Shown here: positions 21,518 to 30,664 of the stretch, one piece after another
How positions within the stretch are numbered: position 1 is the first letter of the stretch
Layout: each line of letters begins with the position of its first letter
Origin: Nitrospinota bacterium
GTDB lineage: Bacteria; JADFOP01
Assembly: GCA_022562795.1 (NCBI GenBank)
Contig: JADFOP010000016.1
Location: 1-38,224 of the forward strand
Direction of reading: 5' to 3'
DNA: 38,224 nucleotides
Notes under the pieces: model-generated
Database searches by the model: none
Told to the model about the DNA's origin: nothing
Seen by the model: only the letters and a program-made list of their open reading frames with translations
Made by a program: the position numbers and the translations under genes

Positions 21518-22294
21518 GTGATACTCGATCCTGAACGGATGGCCCAGATTCAGCTGGATAAGCTCCCCCGCCACATCGCCATCATTATGGACGGAAACGG
21601 GCGGTGGGCGAGTCAGCGCAAGCTGCCGCGCATTGCTGGCCACCGGGAAGGAGTTAATTCCGTCGTCCAAGTGGTTACGGCGGCCCGCCTTCTGAATATC
21701 CAGGCCCTCACCCTCTACTCCTTCTCCCTGGAGAACTGGAAGCGGCCGCGGATGGAGATCGAAGCCCTGATGGCGATCCTGGACAAGTTCGTGCGAAAAG
21801 AGGTTGATCGAATGAACCGGGAGAACATCCGATTCAACACCATTGGGCAGCTCGGGGATCTTCCATACAAAATCCAGGAAATCGTCAACGATGCTGTGAA
21901 AGCAACGAGGGATAACGGCGGAATGGTTTTTACCCTAGCTCTGTCGTACGGTTCCCGCCAGGAAATTCTTCAAGCCGTCCAGAACTGCCTCCGCGATATG
22001 CAGGCGGGCCGTCTGTCCAGCGAGGAGCTCTCTACTGACCGCTTTTCCCAATATCTATGGACGGCCGACCTTCCCGAACCCGATCTGCTTATCCGAACCA
22101 GCGGCGAGCTTCGCATCTCGAACTTTTTGCTCTGGCAAATTGCTTATACGGAGCTCTACTTCACCGACGTCCTGTGGCCCGATTTTGGGAGCGACAATTT
22201 GCTCGATGCCATCCTCGCGTTCCAGAAGCGTCAGCGGCGGTTCGGCTATACTGGCGAGCAGGTTCAGGACGTCCCTCCCAGGGGCGCGGAGTGA
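21518..22294 (+). CDS. uppS: Undecaprenyl diphosphate synthase
   Basis: [43 protein letters not shown]. Confidence 0.97.
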   Translation: MILDPERMAQIQLDKLPRHIAIIMDGNGRWASQRKLPRIAGHREGVNSVVQVVTAARLLNIQALTLYSFSLENWKRPRMEIEALMAILDKFVRKEVDRMNRENIRFNTIGQLGDLPYKIQEIVNDAVKATRDNGGMVFTLALSYGSRQEILQAVQNCLRDMQAGRLSSEELSTDRFSQYLWTADLPEPDLLIRTSGELRISNFLLWQIAYTELYFTDVLWPDFGSDNLLDAILAFQKRQRRFGYTGEQVQDVPPRGAE

Positions 22295-23088
22295 AGCGGG
22301 TCCTTTCGGCCGCCGTCTTTATCCCGGTCTTCGTGCTAATCGTGGCCTGGGGCCCACCGGTGGCGTTTTTCGCCCTCGTGGCCGTGGCCGCGGGTTTGGG
22401 TTTATGGGAATTTTACAATTTGGTGGAGGCGTGGGGCACGCCGGTGGCCAGGGGGGCGGGCCTCGTCGGCGGCCTAAGCCTCATTGCGGGCCTCCACTTA
22501 GGCCGGCCGGGTCTCGTTCTGGCAGCTGTATCCATCTTGGTGATCTTGCCTTTGTGCCTCTTCCTCCTGAGCGAGGGCGCCAACGGCCAGGCCGTGGCGG
22601 GGAGCGCGGCCACCTGCTTCGGGGCGATATACGTGGCCGGGCTTCTCGGCTACACCCTGCTGCTTAGGGGCCTCCCCTACGGGAGGCAGGCCGTCTTCTT
22701 GTTGGTCCTGATTGTCTGGTTCCACGACACTCTTGCATTCTACGGAGGCCGGGCATGGGGCCGAAGACCCCTGGCGCCGGGCCTCAGCGCGGGTAAAACG
22801 GTGGAGGGGACTTACTGCGGCCTGGCGGGAGGCCTTCTGGGAGCCCTCGTGGCGCGGCTCACGTTCCTGCCCGCCCTGGGAGCGGGGGGCGTGGTCGTCC
22901 TGGGCCTCGTCGGCGCCGCCGCTGCTGAGTTCGGAGACTTGGCCGAAAGCATGGTGAAGCGCTCAGCGGGGCTCAAGGACTCTGGCTGGATCATTCCGGG
23001 CCACGGCGGAATCTTAGACCGCCTCGACAGCCTGCTGTTCGCTGCCCCGTGCATTTATTACGGCCTGCTGTTTACGGTGGGAGGCTAA
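22291..23088 (+). CDS. cdsA: Phosphatidate cytidylyltransferase
   Basis: Hydrophobic; KTVEG, GDLAES..KR...[20 protein letters not shown] 22291 overlaps uppS TGA (ORF-track start 22057 is too long). Confidence 0.95.
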   Translation: MKRVLSAAVFIPVFVLIVAWGPPVAFFALVAVAAGLGLWEFYNLVEAWGTPVARGAGLVGGLSLIAGLHLGRPGLVLAAVSILVILPLCLFLLSEGANGQAVAGSAATCFGAIYVAGLLGYTLLLRGLPYGRQAVFLLVLIVWFHDTLAFYGGRAWGRRPLAPGLSAGKTVEGTYCGLAGGLLGALVARLTFLPALGAGGVVVLGLVGAAAAEFGDLAESMVKRSAGLKDSGWIIPGHGGILDRLDSLLFAAPCIYYGLLFTVGG

Positions 23089-23091
23089 ACG

Positions 23092-24258
23092 GTGCCGAGA
23101 CCACTTGCCATACTGGGCTCGACCGGCTCCATCGGGGTCAGTACCCTCGATGTGGTGGCAGCCCATCCCCGTGAGTTTCCCGTGGCCGGACTTGCCGCCG
23201 GCGGCAACGTGGAGCTCATGGTAGGACAGATTGCCGAGCATCAGCCCAAGCTTGTGGCGCTCTCCGACGAGGAGGCCGCCGATCGGCTCCGGGAGCAGGT
23301 GCGGGGCACGAATGTGGCGGTCCGAGGCGGGCCGGAAGGGGTTCTGGAGGTGGCGACCATGGAGGGGGCTGAGACGGTCGTGGCGGCCATCGTGGGGGCC
23401 CAGGGGCTTCTCCCGACCCTGGAGGCGATCCGAGCGGGCAAGACAGTTGCCTTGGCCAACAAGGAGAGTCTGGTCTGCGCAGGAGCGCTGGTGGTCCGCG
23501 AGGCTGCCGGACGGGGTAATCTCATACCGATTGATAGCGAGCATTCGGCAATATTTCAATGCCTTGCGGGCCAAGACCGCTCGGCAGTCCGACGCATCAT
23601 CCTCACAGGCAGCGGAGGACCATTTCACGGCCGCAGCCCAGAAGAGATGGCGGGGGTGAAAGCCCAGGAGGCCCTCAACCACCCTACCTGGGAGATGGGG
23701 CCCAAGGTGACGATCGACAGCGCGACCCTCATGAATAAGGGGCTGGAGGTCATCGAGGCCCACTGGCTGTTCGGCCTCCCGCCGGAGCGGATCGAGGTCG
23801 TGATCCACCGCCAAAGCATCGTCCATTCCCTTGTCGAATTTACGGACGGCTCGATGTTGGCCCAGCTCGGCCCGACGGACATGCGACTGCCAATCGCCTA
23901 CGCCTTGAGCTACCCCCGGCGCATGGCCTTGAACCAGCCGAGCCTATCGCTCGTCGAGGTCGGCCAGCTCTCCTTCGAGCAACCTGATGAGGAGGCTTTT
24001 CCCTGCCTGAAGTATGCCTACGAGGCCCTGGAAAGGGGTGGGACGCTCCCTGCGGTCCTGAACGCCGCCAACGAGGTCGCGGTCCAGGCCTTCTTGGAGG
24101 ATGCCATAGGGTTCCTCGACATTCCCCGCCTCATCCGGGCGGCGATGGATGGCCACCAGCCCAAGCCGGTCACCAGCCTCGATGTCGTCATGGAGGCCGA
24201 CCGCTGGGCGCGTAGGCTCACCCACGAGGCCGTCGCCGTGGCGGCGGACGGAGGCTGA
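23092..24258 (+). CDS. dxr: 1-deoxy-D-xylulose 5-phosphate reductoisomerase
   Basis: LGSTGSIG, LANKESLV, PIDSEHSAIFQ, HPTW.MG.K.TIDSATLMNKGLE, NAANE.AV. Confidence 0.98.
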   Translation: MPRPLAILGSTGSIGVSTLDVVAAHPREFPVAGLAAGGNVELMVGQIAEHQPKLVALSDEEAADRLREQVRGTNVAVRGGPEGVLEVATMEGAETVVAAIVGAQGLLPTLEAIRAGKTVALANKESLVCAGALVVREAAGRGNLIPIDSEHSAIFQCLAGQDRSAVRRIILTGSGGPFHGRSPEEMAGVKAQEALNHPTWEMGPKVTIDSATLMNKGLEVIEAHWLFGLPPERIEVVIHRQSIVHSLVEFTDGSMLAQLGPTDMRLPIAYALSYPRRMALNQPSLSLVEVGQLSFEQPDEEAFPCLKYAYEALERGGTLPAVLNAANEVAVQAFLEDAIGFLDIPRLIRAAMDGHQPKPVTSLDVVMEADRWARRLTHEAVAVAADGG

Positions 24259-24339
24259 CGATGGCCCGGCCCTTGAGGGGGGAGTTCCTGCGCGAGGCGG
24301 GCTGCTACCTCATGGCGGAGCCCTCGTCCGGCTAGAGCA

Positions 24340-24786
24340 GTGGGCTACCTCATCTATTTTCTCGCCTCAGGCGCCTTTGTTGGCTTCACCCCCGTGGCTC
24401 CTGGGACCGCAGGCAGCCTCTTAGGGGTCGCCCTGTTTCTTCTCATCTTCCCCGAGGGGACGGTTGGGACTTTGACATTCCTCGCCCTCGCCGTTCCTGC
24501 GGCCGTTTGGCTGGCCGGCCAGGCCGAGGTGGCGTTCGGCGAGACCGACCCCAAACCCGTCGTAGTAGATGAAGTCGTGGGCCAGTGGATCGCCTTGGCG
24601 CTTCTGCCCAGGACTGCCTTGTACGTAGGGGCGGCTTTCGTCCTCTTTAGGATATTTGACATCTGGAAACCCTGGCGGGGGCTGGAGGAGCTGCGTGGCG
24701 GCGTCGGGGTCGTGGCTGACGACTTGGCGGCCGGCTTAGCGGCCAACCTCTGCCTTCAGGCGCTCCGGCTGGCAACGGGCGCGTAG
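24340..24786 (+). CDS. pgpA: Phosphatidylglycerophosphatase A
   Basis: APGTAGS, DPK.VVVDEVVGQ, LFRIFDIWKP, DDLAAG. Confidence 0.93.
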   Translation: MGYLIYFLASGAFVGFTPVAPGTAGSLLGVALFLLIFPEGTVGTLTFLALAVPAAVWLAGQAEVAFGETDPKPVVVDEVVGQWIALALLPRTALYVGAAFVLFRIFDIWKPWRGLEELRGGVGVVADDLAAGLAANLCLQALRLATGA

Positions 24787-24801
24787 GGCGTTAGAGAGCC
24801 G

Positions 24802-25290
24802 ATGGCGGATCGGCCTGAAGAGACCGTAGGACGACTTTTGAGCGGACGGGGATGGTCCCTGGCGGTGGCGGAGTCGTGCACCGGCGGGCTCATCGCCCAT
24901 ACCGTGACCAACGTCCCAGGCAGCTCGGCATACTTCGACCGGGGCTTTGTGACCTACTCCAACGAGGCCAAGACGGCGCTCCTCGGTGTGCCGGCCGGGC
25001 TTCTCGAGCAGGCGGGAGCTGTCACGGACGAGGTGGCCCGGGCCATGGCCGAGGGGGCTCGGAGCCGGGCGGGAACGGCCGTGGCGCTGTCCGCGACGGG
25101 CATCGCTGGGCCGACAGGAGGGACGCCCGAAAAACCCGTCGGGCTCGTCTACGTAGCGCTGGCCTGCCAGGGCGGCGAGACCCTCAGCGAGGAGCACCGC
25201 TTCTCGGGAGACCGCCTGAGCGTGAAGGAGGCGACCTGCCGGGCGGCCCTCGACCTGCTTCGGCGGTACCTGGAGGAGGCGAGATCATGA
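24802..25290 (+). CDS. pncC: CinA C-terminal domain / NMN deamidase PncC
   Basis: AVAESCTGG, PGSSAYF, TYSNEAK, TGIAGP.GG..EKPVG.V; no N-terminal MoCF domain. Confidence 0.9.
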   Translation: MADRPEETVGRLLSGRGWSLAVAESCTGGLIAHTVTNVPGSSAYFDRGFVTYSNEAKTALLGVPAGLLEQAGAVTDEVARAMAEGARSRAGTAVALSATGIAGPTGGTPEKPVGLVYVALACQGGETLSEEHRFSGDRLSVKEATCRAALDLLRRYLEEARS

Positions 25291-25877
25291 CCCGCCCGTC
25301 AGGGAAGGGCGCCATACGGGCCTTCATCGCCGTCAACCTCCCTGCCTCCGTCAAGGAGGCCCTGGGCGAGCTCCAGAAATCCATGAGCCAGGCAGGCCTC
25401 AAGGCCCGGTGGGCTCAGCACATGGGCATCCATGTGACGCTCAAGTTTCTAGGCGTAGTCTCCGATGACCGGGTCCCAGCCATTCGGGCCGCCATGGAGG
25501 AGGCGGCCGGCGGCTTTCGGCCTATGGAGGCTCGCGTCGCCGGTGTCGGGGCCTTTCCCAACGAGCGCTGGCCCCGTGTCGTCTGGGTCGGACTGGATGA
25601 GCCCACGGGAGACCTGGCCGCCCTGCACGCCCGCCTGGAGGCGGCCCTAGAGCCGCTGGGCTTCGAGCCGGAGGGGCGTCCCTTCCGGTCGCACCTCACC
25701 CTGGCCCGCATCAAAGTGCCCGCCCGCGCCGGGCCCGTCGCCCAAGCCCTCGAGGAACATAGAGGGGTCGATTTAGGTAAGATAACCGTGGACCGGATCG
25801 TCCTATACCAGAGCACCCTTAAGCCTTCCGGCGCCCTCTACACCGCCCTGGAGGAGGTTTTTCTGGAAGAGGCTTGA
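25287..25877 (+). CDS. thpR: RNA 2',3'-cyclic phosphodiesterase (2'-5' RNA ligase family)
   Basis: RAFIAV, 2H motifs HVTLKFLG and HLTLAR; ATG 25287 overlaps pncC stop. Confidence 0.93.
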   Translation: MTRPSGKGAIRAFIAVNLPASVKEALGELQKSMSQAGLKARWAQHMGIHVTLKFLGVVSDDRVPAIRAAMEEAAGGFRPMEARVAGVGAFPNERWPRVVWVGLDEPTGDLAALHARLEAALEPLGFEPEGRPFRSHLTLARIKVPARAGPVAQALEEHRGVDLGKITVDRIVLYQSTLKPSGALYTALEEVFLEEA

Positions 25878-25902
25878 ATGGGAAGTTATATTATGTTATA
25901 GT
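25874..25902 (+). promoter_or_regulatory. sigma70 promoter of recA with extended -10
   Basis: TTGAAT-17 nt-TATAGT with TG at 25894-25895. Confidence 0.65.
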
Positions 25903-25982
25903 GCATCATCCGGCCACGTAGGAGCGGTGCCCCTGAGGGGCATCAGCCCATTGATCAGCATTCATGGGGGGAGAGCGGCACC

Positions 25983-27095
25983 ATGGCAACCAAAGCGACA
26001 GGCAAGGAGAAGGCCCTCGAGCTGGCCTTCGCCCAGATAGAGAAACAGTTCGGCAAGGGCGCGGTGATGCGCCTCGGGGACCAGGAGATCATGGACGTGC
26101 CCGCGATTCCGACGGGCTCGATATCCCTCGATGCGGCCATCGGCGTGGGAGGTCTCCCGAGGGGTCGCGTGGTGGAGATATTCGGGCCGGAGGCGAGCGG
26201 CAAGACCACCTTGGCCCTCCACATCATAGCCGAGGCCCAGAAGAGGGGCGGCATCGCCGCCTTCATCGACGCCGAGCACGCCCTCGACCCGGGCTACGCC
26301 AAGGCCCTAGGGGTCAAGATGGACGAGCTTATCGTCAGCCAGCCCGACACGGGCGAGCAGGCCCTCGAGATCGTAGAGACCCTGGTCAGGAGCGGCGCCC
26401 TCGACGTCGCCGTAATCGATTCGGTGGCGGCCCTCGTCCCCAAGGCGGAGATCGACGGCGAGATGGGCGACGCCCACATGGGCCTCCAGGCCCGCCTCAT
26501 GAGCCAGGCGCTCCGCAAGCTCGCCGGCGTCATCTCCAAGAGCAAGACGTGCGTCGTCTTCATCAACCAGATCCGCCATAAGATCGGGGTGGTGTTCGGA
26601 AACCCTGAGACGACCTCCGGCGGAAACGCGCTCAAGTTCTACTCCTCGGTCCGCCTCGACATCCGGCGGCTCGCCCCCATCAAGGAGGGAAGCGAGGTTT
26701 TGGGCAACCGCTGCCGCGTGCGGGTGGTGAAGAACAAGGTCGCCCCGCCCTTCCGGGAAGCGGAGTTCGACATCATGTACGGCAAGGGCATCTCGAAGGA
26801 GGGCGACCTGCTCGACCTCGCCGTGGCGGCCGACCTGATCAACCGGAGCGGCTCCTGGTTCACCTACGGTGAGGAGAGGATCGGCCAGGGCCGTGAGAAC
26901 GTCAAGCGCTTCCTCGCCGAGCACCCCGATGTGGCCGGCGACCTGATGGGCAAGGTCCGGGACTCCCTGGGGCTCCCCGCCGTCGCCGCGGAGGTCCAGG
27001 AGACCCACGAGGTCCAGGAGACCCACGAGGTCCAGGAGACCCACGAGGTCCAGGAGATCCACGAGGTCCAGGAGACTCAGGAGGCCGAGGCTTAA
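25983..27095 (+). CDS. recA: Recombinase RecA with tandem-repeat acidic tail
   Basis: [58 protein letters not shown]. Confidence 0.99.
   Translation: MATKATGKEKALELAFAQIEKQFGKGAVMRLGDQEIMDVPAIPTGSISLDAAIGVGGLPRGRVVEIFGPEASGKTTLALHIIAEAQKRGGIAAFIDAEHALDPGYAKALGVKMDELIVSQPDTGEQALEIVETLVRSGALDVAVIDSVAALVPKAEIDGEMGDAHMGLQARLMSQALRKLAGVISKSKTCVVFINQIRHKIGVVFGNPETTSGGNALKFYSSVRLDIRRLAPIKEGSEVLGNRCRVRVVKNKVAPPFREAEFDIMYGKGISKEGDLLDLAVAADLINRSGSWFTYGEERIGQGRENVKRFLAEHPDVAGDLMGKVRDSLGLPAVAAEVQETHEVQETHEVQETHEVQEIHEVQETQEAEA
26991..27080 (+). repeat. 18-bp coding tandem repeat, 5 copies, in the recA 3' end
   Basis: gaggtccaggagacccac x3, gaggtccaggagatccac, gaggtccaggagactcag; encodes EVQETH x3, [12 protein letters not shown]. 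Confidence 0.97.
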
Positions 27096-27132
27096 GGGCC
27101 CGTCTCCCCCATCCGCCCAGAGCCAGCGCGGT

Positions 27133-27615
27133 ATGATGGCCGAGCCCGGCTTAGAGGAGCTTCGGAAAGCCCGCGAGGCCGCCCACCGCCTTCTGGCCCG
27201 CCGGGCCCGCTCGGTGGCCGAGATAAAATCCAAACTCGCCGAGCGGAGATTTTCTCCCGCCGTCATCCGCCGGACCGTCGAGCGCCTCGCCTCAGTAGGC
27301 TACCTAGACGACACCGCCTTCGCCCGCTCCCACGCCCGCTACCTGATGGAGGCCCGTCCCATGGGCCGCCGCCGCCTGAGCTGGGAGTTATCCCGGAAGG
27401 GGATCGAGAAAGGCCTCGTCGAAGAAGCGGTAGAGGAGGTCTGGGCCGGACGATCCGAGCGGGAGGTCGCAAGAGAGGTGGCGATGCGCCGCCTCGAGGC
27501 CTACCGCGGGCTCGACGAGACGACCGTCCGGCGCCGCCTCAAGGGCTACCTCGAGCGCCGCGGCTTTCCCCACGGCGACATCGTCACCATCCTCCGCGAG
27601 ATTTCGTCCCTGTAA
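27133..27615 (+). CDS. recX: Regulatory protein RecX
   Basis: LLARRARS..E...KL, GYLDD..FA, ELSRKGI, YLERRGF; follows recA. Confidence 0.93.
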   Translation: MMAEPGLEELRKAREAAHRLLARRARSVAEIKSKLAERRFSPAVIRRTVERLASVGYLDDTAFARSHARYLMEARPMGRRRLSWELSRKGIEKGLVEEAVEEVWAGRSEREVAREVAMRRLEAYRGLDETTVRRRLKGYLERRGFPHGDIVTILREISSL

Positions 27616-27637
27616 GGTCCCGCCAGCCTTAAATAGC

Positions 27638-27689
27638 GGACAAGCCCTTGTGGGGGATCCGCCTGAGGCGGATCTCAGGCGGGCTGTCC
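27638..27689. terminator. Hairpin between convergent recX and antitoxin genes, with a TCCGCC-N3-GGCGGA core
   Basis: ggacaagccc...gatccgcctgaggcggatc...gggctgtcc; no clear U-tract. Confidence 0.45.
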
Positions 27690-27693
27690 ACAT

Positions 27694-28158
27694 TTAGATG
27701 AGTTCCTCCACCTCGCACCCAAGGGCCTCGGCGACCTTCTCAAGCGTCGAGGCCCAGGGCCGATAGTCTTGCTTCTCGATCTTCGAGATATAGGACGGTT
27801 GGCACTCAAGCGCCTCGGCGAGTTCTTTCTGCTTCATCCCCTTCGCCATCCTGACCTTTTTGATGTTGTTCTTCCAGAGCCGCCGCTTGACCTCGGCATA
27901 GGGGATGAATGCCTCGGGCGGCTCGCGCCGTGCCTCCTCGAACCGCTCGGCCGAGCGCAGATCTTCCATCCAGTCCATGAGGGCCTCCCAATCATCAGCC
28001 TGGATGATAACGACCTGGGTGTCCTGAAGCGTCGCCTCTCCATAGACTGACACTTTGGGGATCGGGGCCATAGGCTCCGGTGCCGTGGCGGCCCTAGGCC
28101 TCGGTCGCGCTGCGCTTTTGCGTTCTTTCGATTCTCGTCTCGCTCCCTTGACCATCAT
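27694..28158 (-). CDS. XRE/Cro HTH protein, probable HigA-like antitoxin
   Basis: C-terminal NIKKVR..KGMKQKELAEAL.....YISKIE......STLEKVAEALG; acidic helical middle; SD ggaggag; directly downstream of a RelE-like gene. Confidence 0.85.
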   Translation of the reverse strand: MMVKGARRESKERKSAARPRPRAATAPEPMAPIPKVSVYGEATLQDTQVVIIQADDWEALMDWMEDLRSAERFEEARREPPEAFIPYAEVKRRLWKNNIKKVRMAKGMKQKELAEALECQPSYISKIEKQDYRPWASTLEKVAEALGCEVEELI

Positions 28159-28191
28159 TTCTCCTCCAGAGGTAATGCCCCGACTTTTTCG

Positions 28192-28461
28192 CTACATCCC
28201 CTCCCTTGAACCGACGGCGACGATGGTGACGGCTCGCGCCTCGTCATCCACCATCCACTCGACACGATGATGAAGCCCCACCCAGCATCGATACTCGTTA
28301 GTGCCGGGAAGGTGCTTGAAGCCCTTTGTCCTCGTTCTGGGATTCGTCACCCATCGCTAGGCGATTCGGTCGAGCTTGAGCTGGACCGCTTTCGGGAGCT
28401 TCTGATACCTCTTGTGGGCCTTTCTCGTAAATCCGATTTCGTAACGTCTTTCGCTTCCCAT
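28192..28461 (-). pseudogene. RelE/HigB-family toxin interrupted by one in-frame TAG (28357-28359)
   Basis: Manual translation: MGSERRYEIGFTRKAHKRYQKLPKAVQLKLDRIA*RWVTNPRTRTKGFKHLPGTNEYRCWVGLHHRVEWMVDDEARAVTIVAVGSREGM; RelE-like pattern over 89 codons. Confidence 0.85.
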
Positions 28462-28509
28462 CTGTTGTTTGTCCTGATCCCAGGCAGGGGACGCTTGAAC
28501 CGTATATTT

Positions 28510-28538
28510 AACATAACCTTTATAGGTGAACTTATCAA
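28510..28538 (-). promoter_or_regulatory. Putative TA promoter with spacer palindrome
   Basis: Minus strand TTGATA-17 nt-TATGTT; acct-ttat-aggt at 28516-28527. Confidence 0.55.
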
Positions 28539-28588
28539 GGAAGAGGGGTGAAATTGGTGAATTTTTAAGTAATAATCCGACCTCCCAG

Positions 28589-28779
28589 GCCGTCGAGGAG
28601 GTCTGGGCCGGACGATCCGATCGGGAGGTCGCAAGGGAGGTTGCGCTCCGCCGCCTTGAGGCCTACCGCGGGCTCGACGAGACGACCGTCCGGCGCCGTC
28701 TGAAGGGCTACCTCGACCGCCGCGGCTTTCCCCACGGCGACATCGTCACCATCTTCCGCTAAATCTCGTCCTTTTAAGG
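28589..28779 (+). pseudogene. recX: Duplicate of the recX 3' end (direct repeat of 27427-27617)
   Basis: Ungapped at offset 1162; 17 mismatches in 63 codons by hand count; premature TAA at 28760-28762. Confidence 0.95.
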
Positions 28780-28906
28780 AGAGGGTGTGAAGCTGGTCGG
28801 AGTGGAAAAATCCTGGTAGGGATAGAGGTTATTCCCTTCCCTGCAGGTGAATTTGCAACAGCGTGCTGATAGGCCGTTCAGGTGGCTTGTGCCCGGCTTA
28901 GAGGCG

Positions 28907-29317
28907 TTACGGAACCTGCAGGCGGTGTTCCAGTAGCTGTTCCAGTTCCACCTCCCAGTCTCCGGCTTCCTGCCATTTGGCGAACTTCGAGTCGAGAAAA
29001 TAAAACCAGTAGGGCTTGGTATTTTGCACAAGCCAGGCGGGGGAGGCGAGACCCGCCGTCACGGTGGCGGTAATTTTCTTGAAGGACTCCTCATCGGGGT
29101 CATCGGGCAGGGCCAGGTTATACTCCCAGACCTCGATGGTTTGGCCATGGCGATTCCTGATTATGGCCTTGACGACGGTCGGCTGCCCAAAGCTCTCTGT
29201 CACAGCCTCCTTGGTCATTCCGGGTTTGACCGAATGGAGCTTGTCGACAGAGGGCGCGCAGGCGGTGGTTGCCACGACGGTTAGAGCGAGCGTAAGCCCA
29301 AGGTAGAACGAGCGCAT
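28907..29317 (-). CDS. Putative lipoprotein with BamE/SmpA-like motif
   Basis: Signal peptide with TTAC lipobox; VKPGMTKEAV...FGQP ... EVWEY ... FYF pattern; SD ggagg. Confidence 0.72.
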   Translation of the reverse strand: MRSFYLGLTLALTVVATTACAPSVDKLHSVKPGMTKEAVTESFGQPTVVKAIIRNRHGQTIEVWEYNLALPDDPDEESFKKITATVTAGLASPAWLVQNTKPYWFYFLDSKFAKWQEAGDWEVELEQLLEHRLQVP

Positions 29318-29613
29318 CTTCCTTGACCTCCTTTACGGGGTGACCCATTCCCACGCTCCCTCCAAAGCCCGCGCCATCCACCACGCCTCATGCAGCTCTC
29401 ACTTAGCTCATGAGGACGGCTTCGAGCGTGCGCCGTCTTCTCCCCTCCCGAGGAGAAATCATAGCTATTATACCATGTTTTAATGGGCAGAAAAGGGTTT
29501 TTTTGGGGCCGGGTGGGCGCCTAGGCTGGGTTTCGTTTTCCTACGGGATTTGATAGCCTGAGAGGGAAGATTCTGCTGATCTCTCCCATCACCCCTAATT
29601 TGTGAGGAGACCC

Positions 29614-30603
29614 ATGCGCGCTCTATACTTCGACCGGTTCGGCGATCTGGATGTCCTCAAGGTCGGAGAGCAGCCGACACCGTCGCCGGGGCCCGGCGAG
29701 GCGGTCGTGCGGGTTGCCTACTCCGGGATCAACTTCGTCGACACCCTTCTTTTTCGGGGGCGTTTCGACCCCAATCTTCCGCTGCCGCACATAAACGGGG
29801 TCGAGAGCGTAGGCACCGTCGAGGAGGTGGGGCCCGGCGGGGATGAGGCCCTGGTCGGCCGACGCGTGGCGGTCAACCCGCTTCTCGGCCCAGGCCGCAT
29901 CATCGGCGAGCACGCCAAGGGCGGACACGCGGAGCTTCTCGCGGCGCCTGAGGCCAATTGCGTCCCCCTTCCCGAAGGGCTTGACGGGGCGGCTGCGACC
30001 GCGGCCATCGTCTCGTTGGGCTCGCCCTACGACGCCATCATCCGCGACGGTCAGCTAAAGCCCGGAGAGACGCTGCTGGTCTGGGCCGCCGGGAGCGGCA
30101 CGGGGGTGGGCGCCGTCCAGGTGGGCCGTCTCGTGGGCGCGCGAGTCATCGCCACCGCCGGAAGTCCCGAGAAGATGGAGCGCGCCAGGGCGATGGGGGC
30201 CGAGGTGGTTATCAACCACAGGGAGGACGACGTGGCGGCGGCGGTGCTGGAGGCCACGGGGGGCCGAGGGGCCGACGTGATATTCGAGTCCACCGGGGCG
30301 GCGACCCTCCCTAAAAGTGTCGCCGCAGCGGCCGAAGAGGGGCGGATTCTAATCTACGGGGTGGTCACAGGGTACAAGGGCAAGCTGGAGCTGGGCCGCG
30401 TAATCATGCGGCGGCTCAAGCTCATTGGCTCCTTCTACGGCCCTTCGCCAGCCCAGTTCCGGCAGGTGCTGGAGCTGGTGGCCAATGGGATGCTGAAGCC
30501 CGTCATCGCAGACGTCGTGGGCCTGGAGGAGGCTGTCGAGGCCTATCGCAGGATCGAGGCAGGGGAGATCTTCGGAAAGGTCCTCATCCGCCTAGAGGGC
30601 TAG
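29614..30603 (+). CDS. MDR-family NADPH:quinone oxidoreductase-like protein
   Basis: P.PGPGE.VVRV..SGINFVD, LKPGETLLVWAAGSGTG, VIATAGS, GRGADVIFE, FGKVL; no Zn-binding Cys; SD gaggag before ATG 29614. Confidence 0.9.
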   Translation: MRALYFDRFGDLDVLKVGEQPTPSPGPGEAVVRVAYSGINFVDTLLFRGRFDPNLPLPHINGVESVGTVEEVGPGGDEALVGRRVAVNPLLGPGRIIGEHAKGGHAELLAAPEANCVPLPEGLDGAAATAAIVSLGSPYDAIIRDGQLKPGETLLVWAAGSGTGVGAVQVGRLVGARVIATAGSPEKMERARAMGAEVVINHREDDVAAAVLEATGGRGADVIFESTGAATLPKSVAAAAEEGRILIYGVVTGYKGKLELGRVIMRRLKLIGSFYGPSPAQFRQVLELVANGMLKPVIADVVGLEEAVEAYRRIEAGEIFGKVLIRLEG

Positions 30604-30664
30604 GACTCTCGCACAGAGCCCTTAATGGTCTGGACAATCGACGTTCTGTTTCAGTCGCCATTAA

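Noticed and set aside
24259-24339. Missing rseP after dxr (and ffh before rpsP)
   Set aside because: Ordinary gene-order variation; no remnant visible and the genes may lie elsewhere
28357-28359. Amber recoding or pyrrolysine read-through in the toxin
   Set aside because: TAG ends many conserved genes in the window at their expected ends and no pyl genes are seen; nonsense mutation is simpler
28267-28634. ORF-track calls 28267-28551 (+) and 28347-28634 (-)
   Set aside because: Shadow frames over the interrupted toxin gene and its promoter
28526-28762. 78-aa ORF as a functional second RecX
   Set aside because: Only a 3' fragment fused to AT-rich non-coding-like sequence, with a premature TAA
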